Source: a bacterium (GTDB taxonomy: Bacteria; Bacillota; Clostridia; Christensenellales; CAG-138). Taken from it: a DNA stretch of 64,000 nucleotides. How positions within the stretch are numbered: position 1 is the first letter of the stretch; each line of letters starts with the position of its first letter. Positions 56,601 through 64,000 of the stretch are shown here, piece by piece. The notes beneath the pieces were generated by a model. That model was given only the letters and a program-made list of their open reading frames with translations. It made no database searches and had not been told where the DNA came from. Made by a program: the position numbers and the translations under genes. The stretch lies in assembly GCA_963643205.1 (NCBI GenBank), contig CAVIJJ010000001.1, forward strand, positions 134,651 to 198,650, read 5' to 3'.

Positions 56601-59231
56601 ATGAAGCGATTGACTGTAGGCATAATGGCCCATGTAGACTCCGGTAAAACTACGCTAAGCGAAGCTATGCTTTACGCAAGCGGCATGATCAGAAAACCCG
56701 GCAGGGTGGACCACGGCAATGCCTTTTTAGACACACACGAGTTAGAGAAGCAACGCGGCATAACCATTTTTTCAAAGCAGGCCATAATCAATTATAAAGA
56801 TTGCAGTTTTACGCTTCTCGATACACCGGGCCATGTTGATTTCTCTGCGGAAACAGAGCGGGCACTCGGCGCTATGGACTACGCTATATTGGTTATAAGT
56901 GCGCCTGACGGCGTGCAAAGTCATACCGAAACATTATTCGGCCTTATAAAGCACGCAAACGTCCCTACATTTGTATTTGTAAATAAAAAAGATATAACAT
57001 CTAAAACCAATGCCGAGATTATAGCTGAGTTAAATAGGCTTTCATCAGGCTTTGTTGACTTTTCAGCCAATAGGCCGAAAAATATCTTTTACGAAGAAAT
57101 TGCAACTTGTTCCGAAGATATGCTAAGCGAATATCTTTCAGACGGTATTATCAGCGACTTGAAAATAGCGCGAGCTATAAAAGGAAGGCAGCTATTCCCC
57201 TGCCTCTTTGGCTCCGCGCTAAAATTCGAAGGGGTTTCGGAACTGTTAGATGGTATGGACCAATACACATTGCCTATTATGGATTCCGGCAAGCTTGGAG
57301 CAAAAGTATTCAAAGTATCCCAAGATTCTCAAGGAGCTAAATTAACTTTTGTTAAAGTCAATTCCGGCAGCATAAAAATTAAAGACATGCTCAATGGTAC
57401 AAACGGAAGCGAATCCTGGAGCGAAAAAGCGGATCAGTTAAGAATATACTCAGGCGCTAAATTCAAGACGGTAGATGAAGCCTATGCCGGAAGTATATGC
57501 GCTGTATGCGGTTTAACAAAAGCTAAGCCCGGCGATGGCATTGGAACGGAGCATCCTTCTTCCAGACCAACACTTGAACCCGTATTAACATATAAAGTTA
57601 TCGTAGACAACGCTTCGGATACAAATAAAGTTTTTGACGCATTAAAAAAGATCGGCGATGAGGATCCTGAACTTCACGTGGTTTGGAACGAAGGATTGAA
57701 AGAAATACGCTTAAGCCTGATGGGAGAAATTCAGCTTGAAGTGCTGAAAAGCCTGATGAAGAGCCGTTATGGTTTTGATATTTCTTTTGACCAGGGCGGT
57801 ATACTATACAAGGAAACTATAAGTGATAAAGTAGAAGGCGTCGGCCATTATGAACCCTTAAGACATTATGCGGAAGTGCATTTAGTATTAGAACCTTTGA
57901 AGCGTGGCAGCGGGCTTGTTTTTGCCGCTAAATGCTCCGAAGATAAGCTTGATAAAAACTGGCAAAGGTTGATTTTGACTCATCTTGCCGAGAAGAGTCA
58001 TATAGGTGTGCTAACAGGTTCACCTATAACCGATATTAAAATTACGCTTGCCGCAGGCAGGGCTCATATTAAGCATACAGAAGGCGGAGATTTTAGGCAG
58101 GCTACCTACAGAGCTGTTCGTCAAGGGCTAATGCAGGCAAAAAGTGTTTTGCTTGAACCATGGTATAAATTTATATTGAGCGTTCCTAATGAGAACATTG
58201 GACGCGCGCTTAGTGATTTACAGCTTATGTATGCCGATTTTAACGCACCGGAACAGCATGAAAACAGCACTGTAATTCATGGCTTTGCTCCCGTTTCAAA
58301 AATGCGCGGATACTCCAACCACCTTGCGCTCTATTCCCATGGCTTAGGCAAGTTGAGTTTTACGGGCAGCGAATATCGTGAATGCCATAACAGTGAAGAG
58401 ATTATCGAGCAAATAGGTTATAATGCCGAAGGCGACACATTCAACACCGCCGATTCTGTATTTTGTGAGCATGGCGCGGGGCATATCGTAAAATGGAATG
58501 CGGTTTGGGACAAAATGCATGTAGAGCGAGTATTAAAGCCAAGTGTTGAACACATAAACATTAATGATGTACCCGAATATAAGCCCCTATCCCGAGCGGA
58601 TGAGGCCGAGCTTATAAAAATATTTGAGCGCACATATGGGCCTGTAAAATATAACCCTCTTGCGGCATTCAGGCAAACCTCTAGGGCGCAGGCACAAAGC
58701 AGCGCGAACATGCCTTCCTTCCCTGCCGGACCGGATTATCTGTTTGTCGACGGCTACAATATGATATTCGCCTGGGAAGACCTAACCACCATCGCCAAAG
58801 AAGATATGGATTTGGCTCGCAGCAGGTTAATCAACCTAATGTGCAACTACAACGGAGTAAGACAATGTGAATTGGTAGTTGTATTTGATGCTTACCGTAT
58901 AAAGGGTCACACTGTAAGCACCGAAAAAGTAAACAACATAACCGTTGTATATACAAAAGAAGGAGAAACTGCCGATACATATATAGAGAAAGCTACGCAT
59001 GACATTGGCAAAAATTGCCGGGTTCAGGTTGCTACATCTGACCGAGCGGAGCAATCAATAATTTCCGGCAACGGAGCCGCGCGACTGAGCGCAAACGAAT
59101 TTAGGCGGCAAGTAGATACGGCGATGTCCGCCATACGAGATTTAATGGATGAATACGCCCTTAAGGATAAATCCTCTATAAAGCTTGTTCAGGGGCGTAT
59201 AGTCGGTTTAGATAAGAATATTAATCAATAA
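56601..59231 (+). CDS. Translational GTPase (TetM/EF-G-like, five-domain) fused to a C-terminal Rae1/YacP-type NYN ribonuclease domain
   Basis: G1 AHVDSGKT, G2 RGITI, G3 DTPGH, G4 NKKD. The N-terminus is collinear with ribosomal-protection proteins. The C-terminal 166 aa (nt 58731-59231) carry LFVDGYNMIFAW, VVVFDAYRIKG, VVYTKEGETADTYIEK and VATSDRAEQ, matching B. subtilis YacP/Rae1 blocks. I chose ATG 56601 by alignment to the TetM-type N-terminus; TTG 56589 is an in-frame alternative. Confidence 0.85.
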   Translation: MKRLTVGIMAHVDSGKTTLSEAMLYASGMIRKPGRVDHGNAFLDTHELEKQRGITIFSKQAIINYKDCSFTLLDTPGHVDFSAETERALGAMDYAILVISAPDGVQSHTETLFGLIKHANVPTFVFVNKKDITSKTNAEIIAELNRLSSGFVDFSANRPKNIFYEEIATCSEDMLSEYLSDGIISDLKIARAIKGRQLFPCLFGSALKFEGVSELLDGMDQYTLPIMDSGKLGAKVFKVSQDSQGAKLTFVKVNSGSIKIKDMLNGTNGSESWSEKADQLRIYSGAKFKTVDEAYAGSICAVCGLTKAKPGDGIGTEHPSSRPTLEPVLTYKVIVDNASDTNKVFDALKKIGDEDPELHVVWNEGLKEIRLSLMGEIQLEVLKSLMKSRYGFDISFDQGGILYKETISDKVEGVGHYEPLRHYAEVHLVLEPLKRGSGLVFAAKCSEDKLDKNWQRLILTHLAEKSHIGVLTGSPITDIKITLAAGRAHIKHTEGGDFRQATYRAVRQGLMQAKSVLLEPWYKFILSVPNENIGRALSDLQLMYADFNAPEQHENSTVIHGFAPVSKMRGYSNHLALYSHGLGKLSFTGSEYRECHNSEEIIEQIGYNAEGDTFNTADSVFCEHGAGHIVKWNAVWDKMHVERVLKPSVEHININDVPEYKPLSRADEAELIKIFERTYGPVKYNPLAAFRQTSRAQAQSSANMPSFPAGPDYLFVDGYNMIFAWEDLTTIAKEDMDLARSRLINLMCNYNGVRQCELVVVFDAYRIKGHTVSTEKVNNITVVYTKEGETADTYIEKATHDIGKNCRVQVATSDRAEQSIISGNGAARLSANEFRRQVDTAMSAIRDLMDEYALKDKSSIKLVQGRIVGLDKNINQ

Positions 59232-59234
59232 ATA

Positions 59235-59263
59235 GAGAAAGCCCGGTTTTTACGGGCTTTCTC
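59235..59263. terminator. Bidirectional rho-independent terminator
   Basis: 11-bp perfect stem GAGAAAGCCCG/CGGGCTTTCTC between the convergent GTPase-NYN and AGCS genes. Confidence 0.7.
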
Positions 59264-59271
59264 ATATTCTT

Positions 59272-60708
59272 CTATTCTTTTATTTTGAGAGTATTTTTGT
59301 TACTAAAATGAGTTAAAGAAACAACCAAGCCGGAGCACGCGATCAAGCCTATAATGTTCGGCAAAACCATCAGATAGTTAAAAAAGTCCGTAAGCTCCCA
59401 AACCAAATCATTGGAGGCAACCGTGCCAAGGAATATGAACGCAAGGGCGATAACTGTATAAACCTTAACCGCAGCCTTTTCACGCCTTTCGTTTTTGCCG
59501 AACAGATAACACACATTGATCTTTCCGAACATGTTCCATCCAAGCACGGTTGAATACGCAAAGAAGAAGAGCGCGATTGCTATAAATATATTTCCGCCTG
59601 TTTGACCAAACAATGTACCGAATGCCATCTGGGCTAAGCTTGTTTTTTGCACGGCCAGTCCATTGTATGTCATTCCTTCCTGATAACCGTTGCAAAGAGG
59701 TCCTCCATCCGTATAAAGAGTGAGAACTATCGTTACGGCTGTTATGGTCAGAACAACAAACGTATCAATAAACACGCCTATCATAGCTACAGTACCTTGC
59801 TCATGAGGGTCCTTAACATTAGCCTGTGCGTGCGCATGCGGAGTTGAGCCCATGCCTGCTTCATTTGAGAAAAGTCCGCGTTTGGCTCCCTGAGATACCG
59901 CTTTCTTTATTGCCGCGCCAAACGCGCCGCCAATAATTGCCTGCGGTTCAAAGGCATATTTGAATATCATTCCAAAAGCCTGCGGGACCTTGGTAATATT
60001 TGCGACAAATATTATGATACCGCCAAGCAAATAGAAAGTGGCCATAATCGGTACAATTTTTTCGGTAACAGAAGCCAATCTGTCCATACCACCCAAGAAT
60101 ATGAACGCGGATATTGCAACAAGCAATAAACCAGTTATCCATGTAGGTATATTAAAAGCGTTATTTACAACTTCGCCAATTGAGTTGGACTGAACCATAC
60201 AGCCAAAGAAACCCAGCGCAAGTATTATCGCTACGGCAAAAAAGCCGGCGAGGAATTTTCCGAAGTTGCCCTTAAACGCGGTACGAATATAATATACCGG
60301 CCCGCCAAGAACGTCGCCATTTTCTTTTACTATTCGTGTTTTCTGCGCCAATACGGCCTCAGCATAGATTGTAGCCATTCCAAGAAACGCTATAATCCAC
60401 ATCCAGAATATTGCGCCGGGTCCGCCGAGAAGTATAGCCCCCGACGCGCCGACAATATTTCCGGTACCTACCTGTGCCGCAATAGCCGTAGCCAAAGCCT
60501 GAAAAGAGCTCATTCCTCCGCCATGTTTGCCTCCCTTTAGTGAAAGCTTGCCGAACACATTCTTTATTCCCTCAGTGAAACAGCGGACCTGAACAAACCT
60601 TGTTTTTATGGAAAAATAGAGACCGCAACCAACAAGCAAAAATATAAGTACATAATCCGTAAGATAGCTGTTGATTGTCTGAACAATTTTCAGTATAGTA
60701 TCGCTCAT
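59272..60708 (-). CDS. Alanine/glycine:cation symporter (AGCS family)
   Basis: 478 aa polytopic protein. Blocks SSFQALATAIAAQVGTGNIVG and GLFSNEAGMGSTPHAHA are characteristic of AGCS. Confidence 0.92.
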   Translation of the reverse strand: MSDTILKIVQTINSYLTDYVLIFLLVGCGLYFSIKTRFVQVRCFTEGIKNVFGKLSLKGGKHGGGMSSFQALATAIAAQVGTGNIVGASGAILLGGPGAIFWMWIIAFLGMATIYAEAVLAQKTRIVKENGDVLGGPVYYIRTAFKGNFGKFLAGFFAVAIILALGFFGCMVQSNSIGEVVNNAFNIPTWITGLLLVAISAFIFLGGMDRLASVTEKIVPIMATFYLLGGIIIFVANITKVPQAFGMIFKYAFEPQAIIGGAFGAAIKKAVSQGAKRGLFSNEAGMGSTPHAHAQANVKDPHEQGTVAMIGVFIDTFVVLTITAVTIVLTLYTDGGPLCNGYQEGMTYNGLAVQKTSLAQMAFGTLFGQTGGNIFIAIALFFFAYSTVLGWNMFGKINVCYLFGKNERREKAAVKVYTVIALAFIFLGTVASNDLVWELTDFFNYLMVLPNIIGLIACSGLVVSLTHFSNKNTLKIKE

Positions 60709-60774
60709 AGCACGATATACCTCCCTGCAAGCAAAATAGAAATTTTGAATCTATTTGCATAAATTTTAGTCGCA

Positions 60775-60803
60775 AGTATATCAAATTTCATGCTTATGCG
60801 CAA
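60775..60803 (-). promoter_or_regulatory. AGCS gene promoter (TTGCGC -17 nt- TATACT)
   Basis: Minus strand: -35 at 60803-60798 and -10 at 60780-60775. Confidence 0.5.
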
Positions 60804-60815
60804 TTAATTTTATGT

Positions 60816-60847
60816 TAAAAAATGCGAGCCGTTTGCACGGCCCGCAT
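60816..60847 (-). terminator. Rho-independent terminator of the ABC exporter operon
   Basis: Minus strand reads ATGCGGGCCG-TGCAAA-CGGCTCGCAT followed by TTTTT. Confidence 0.75.
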
Positions 60848-60870
60848 ATGTATTTGAATTTTTAAGCTGA

Positions 60871-62688
60871 TTAGTTTGCTTCGTGCTCATATTGCAGCTT
60901 ATAAAGCTTATAATACACTCCACCTTTTTCAAGCAGTTCCTGATGCGAACCCTCCTCCACTATGCGGCCTTTATGCATTACAATAATGTTGTCCGCATTT
61001 TGAATTGTCGAAAGGCGATGTGCAACCATTATTGTGGTACGGCCTTCCATCAGCTTGCCTAAGGCATCCTGTATAAGCAATTCAGTTTCCGTATCGATAT
61101 TAGCCGTTGCTTCGTCCAGTATCAGCACAGAAGGCTTAAAGGCCAATGCTCTGGCAAACGATATAAGCTGCCGCTGTCCGGCCGAGAACGCAGCACCACG
61201 TTCTATAACGCGATGAGAATACCCGCCATCAAGTTTTTCTATGAATCCGGCGGCGTTTACGGTCTTTGCGGCTTCTACTATTTCCTCGTCACTGATGCTT
61301 GTTTCGTTCAGGCGAATATTATCATTTACATCTCCGCTGAACAGGAAAACATCCTGAAGCATCTGGCCGACATTACGCCTAAGATCTTCAAGTCTTATCT
61401 TTTTAACATCTATGCCATCAATGGTAATGCTGCCCTTTTGAATGTCGTAATATCGGCATATCAGGTTTTGGATAGTGGTTTTGCCGGCACCGGTCGCGCC
61501 TACAAAGGCTACTCTCTGCCCCGGCTCAACGGTAAATGATACGTCTTTCAGTACCCAGTCCTCGCCCTTATACGCAAACCAAACATTTTTGAACTCTATT
61601 CTACCTTTGAAGCTGTCTACGCTTACGGCATCCGGATCGTTCTCTATTTGCGGTTCGGTATCCATCAGCCAGAATATACGCTCGGCGCACGCGTTTGCGG
61701 ATTGGATGGTATTAAACTGCTCCGCAAGCTCCTGTATAGGCTGGAAGAAGTTGCTTATATAACGCTGAAATACAACCAGTGTACCCAATGTTACTATGCC
61801 GTCCATAGCCATATGACCGCCAACGAATATAAGTATGCCAAGGGCTGTTATGTTCATAACATAGGATACGGGGCTGTATAGCGCAAACGCCATAAGCTGC
61901 TTCATATTTGTTTGGCGAAGTTTTTCGGTTTTTGTTTCAAACTCCTCTTTAACATCATCTTCTGCCGTAAACGCCTGCACAACCTTCATACCCGACACAT
62001 GCTCGGCTACAAACCCATTCAAATCAGAAATCTTTGCCCGCATTTCGCGATATATTTTTCTGGTTGCCTTACGGAACACAAAAGTAGCAACAGTTATAAA
62101 CGGAATTACGATGAAGATATACAGCGCAAGCTCAACATTATAGCTCAGCATCATAACCATTACGCCGGCAAGTACAAAGAAACTCTTCAATATATTCACT
62201 ATAACGCTTGTAAACATTTCGTTTACGGTTTCACAGTCGTTAGTTACGCGCGTAACCAGCCTGCCTATAGGATTATCGTTATAGAAGCCTATGTGAAGCT
62301 TCATCATATGGCTGAATATGTCGTTGCGCAGGTTGTATATTATCTTTTGTCCAACAGTGGCCAATATGCTGGCCTGAGTATACGTTAAAGCCATTACCGC
62401 AATAACGGTAGCAAGATAAAGTAAACCAAGCTTTATAACCTTTGCCAGATCATCCGCGCGAAGTTCTTTTAATTCCTCTATGCTGAAACCATCATTCGAT
62501 ATTTCTTCATATTTAGCAACGCATTCGTCAACGGCCTCTCCGAGTATTTGCGGCTGGTACAGCTCTAGCCACACCAATATAAGAATTATCGCAAGAGCAA
62601 GCGCAAAATAACCTATATATGGTTTAGCATAGCCAAGAAGACGGCGAGTGGGTGAGAGCTTTTTTGTGGTTGTTTTATTCATGCTCAC
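60871..62688 (-). CDS. ABC exporter, fused permease/ATPase subunit (type I exporter, heterodimer partner B)
   Basis: Six-TM domain followed by an NBD with Walker A GATGAGKTT, signature FSAGQRQ and Walker B ILDEAT. Confidence 0.92.
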   Translation of the reverse strand: MSMNKTTTKKLSPTRRLLGYAKPYIGYFALALAIILILVWLELYQPQILGEAVDECVAKYEEISNDGFSIEELKELRADDLAKVIKLGLLYLATVIAVMALTYTQASILATVGQKIIYNLRNDIFSHMMKLHIGFYNDNPIGRLVTRVTNDCETVNEMFTSVIVNILKSFFVLAGVMVMMLSYNVELALYIFIVIPFITVATFVFRKATRKIYREMRAKISDLNGFVAEHVSGMKVVQAFTAEDDVKEEFETKTEKLRQTNMKQLMAFALYSPVSYVMNITALGILIFVGGHMAMDGIVTLGTLVVFQRYISNFFQPIQELAEQFNTIQSANACAERIFWLMDTEPQIENDPDAVSVDSFKGRIEFKNVWFAYKGEDWVLKDVSFTVEPGQRVAFVGATGAGKTTIQNLICRYYDIQKGSITIDGIDVKKIRLEDLRRNVGQMLQDVFLFSGDVNDNIRLNETSISDEEIVEAAKTVNAAGFIEKLDGGYSHRVIERGAAFSAGQRQLISFARALAFKPSVLILDEATANIDTETELLIQDALGKLMEGRTTIMVAHRLSTIQNADNIIVMHKGRIVEEGSHQELLEKGGVYYKLYKLQYEHEAN

Positions 62689-64000
62689 AGCTTATACTCC
62701 TCCTTCTTCATCTTTTCAAGCAGCTGCTTATGATACAAATCAGCGTACATGCCGCCCAAGGCAACCAGCTCTTCATGATTGCCCTCCTCTATTATTTCGG
62801 CACCGTCTAAAACAATTATCTTATCGGCGTTTTGCAAGGTTGAAATGCGGTGCGCTATTATTATGTTAGTTTTTCCACTTCGCACGTTTTTCAGATTTTC
62901 GAGAATCTTTTCCTCTGTATCCGTATCTACGGCTGAAAGTGCATCATCAAGAATCAATATTTCAGGATTCAGTATAAGTGCACGCGCTATTGAAATTCTT
63001 TGCTTCTGCCCGCCTGAAAGCGATACGCCGCGCTCGCCCACCATGGTTTCGTAACCATCGGGGAAATCAACGATATTGTCATGAACGCATGCCATTTTTG
63101 CGGCCTGCTGTATTTCATCGAATGTTTTGCTGTGATCGCCAAAGGCGATGTTGTTGCTTATTGTATCGGAAAACAGGAAGTTATCCTGCATAACATAGCC
63201 CGTTGCGGCTCTTAAATCATGCAAAGGTATTGAGTGTATCTCCCTGCCTCCGACATACAGCATATTTTCGCCGGGATCAACGATCCTAAGCAGCAAGTTA
63301 ACAAGAGTGGTTTTGCCAGCACCGGTACGTCCGACGATGCCAAGCGTCTGACCCGGCTTTATATGGAAAGACACATTTTTCAGCACATCCTTATCGGTCC
63401 CGGGATAACGGAACGTAAGATCGACAGCCTCAATTTCTCCCTTCACCTGCTCGTGGTCAGTTACCTCCGGCAGGGCATCCTTTATGTCTGATTCTGTGTG
63501 CAGCACATCTTCTATACGCTTAAGCGACGCGGAACCTCTCGTTACGACATTGATTATTCGGCCTATAGATGCTATCGGCCAAACCAGCATATTAAGATAC
63601 TGCACAAATGCCGAAAAATCGCCTACCGATATTCTGCCGAGAATCGCAATGTATCCGCCGTAAGCAATCGCTATGGCCATTGAGCAGCCCGCAATCATAT
63701 GCATAAACGGGAACATGAATGCCTGTACCTTCGCGTCCCGTATATTAGCCGTACGTGATTCGCTGTTAACAGCCTCGAATGCCGCTATTTCTTTCTCTTC
63801 CTGCACAAAAGCCTTTATAACCTTCATTCCACTAAGCTTTTCCTGCACAAAGTCGGAAACATTTGAAAAAGCTTCCTGTCGCCTTGTAAAACGCTTATGC
63901 ATCTCACGCCCTACGAACATGCTTACAAACGCTACCATGCTCAGCGGTACAACGGCAACAAGGCTGAGCCTTAAGTCTATCTGTATTATCATCTTCAATA
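62685..64000 (-). CDS. ABC exporter, fused permease/ATPase subunit (partner A; N-terminus lies beyond the window end)
   Basis: The frame is open to base 64000. Walker A GRTGAGKTT, signature LSGGQKQ, Walker B ILDDALS. 4-nt overlap with the downstream subunit gene. Confidence 0.9.
   Translation of the reverse strand, partial: LKMIIQIDLRLSLVAVVPLSMVAFVSMFVGREMHKRFTRRQEAFSNVSDFVQEKLSGMKVIKAFVQEEKEIAAFEAVNSESRTANIRDAKVQAFMFPFMHMIAGCSMAIAIAYGGYIAILGRISVGDFSAFVQYLNMLVWPIASIGRIINVVTRGSASLKRIEDVLHTESDIKDALPEVTDHEQVKGEIEAVDLTFRYPGTDKDVLKNVSFHIKPGQTLGIVGRTGAGKTTLVNLLLRIVDPGENMLYVGGREIHSIPLHDLRAATGYVMQDNFLFSDTISNNIAFGDHSKTFDEIQQAAKMACVHDNIVDFPDGYETMVGERGVSLSGGQKQRISIARALILNPEILILDDALSAVDTDTEEKILENLKNVRSGKTNIIIAHRISTLQNADKIIVLDGAEIIEEGNHEELVALGGMYADLYHKQLLEKMKKEEYKL

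Noticed and set aside
60709-60774. Possible glycine riboswitch upstream of the alanine/glycine symporter gene
   Set aside because: The leader is only about 60 nt after the predicted promoter. It lacks glycine-riboswitch conserved elements.
1-64000. CRISPR arrays, IS elements/transposases, rRNA genes and toxin-antitoxin or known defence operons
   Set aside because: I noticed no regularly spaced direct repeats, transposase-like translations, rRNA sequence or recognisable defence gene sets in either strand.

Overview
This 64-kb window looks like a Firmicutes (Clostridia-type) chromosome. It is almost entirely core genes in tightly packed operons. Gene content, left to right: mutS (5' end cut by the window)-mutL-miaA-hfq-ynbB; lexA with a LexA box on its own promoter; a Xer-family tyrosine recombinase; rnhA; an 8-tRNA operon and a solo tRNA-Pro(GGG); mntP. 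A long minus-strand block follows: ftsK-rimO-pgsA-cinA-recA-DUF512-der. Next comes a divergent pair of unknown envelope proteins, then ruvC-ruvA-ruvB plus a DivIVA-like protein, and an OmpR-type regulator / histidine kinase / htrA module. After that: mutS2, zapA, rluD, lspA, a family-5 solute-binding lipoprotein, slt, coaE, polA, pdp, era, cdd, ybeY, pgpH, phoH, tcdA, comFC and recD2. The right end holds an amino-sugar cluster (PIG-L deacetylase, nagB, ROK kinase), a MATE exporter, an AGCS symporter and a heterodimeric ABC exporter whose second subunit runs off the window. I saw no CRISPR array, IS element, rRNA or prophage. Two findings stand out. (1) 56601-59231 is a single ORF that fuses a complete TetM/EF-G-like translational GTPase to a Rae1/YacP-type NYN endoribonuclease domain. 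(2) The 87-aa ORF at 54804-55067 in the ORF track is not a gene but a cobalamin riboswitch; it has its own consensus promoter and controls a monocistronic 101-aa protein of unknown function. Lesser observations: a Cys-motif acidic mini-protein divergent from lexA that shares the LexA box; operator-like palindromes in three promoters; and a possible NagA-independent amino-sugar route. All calls come from reading the sequence and translations by eye. No database search or folding computation was run.
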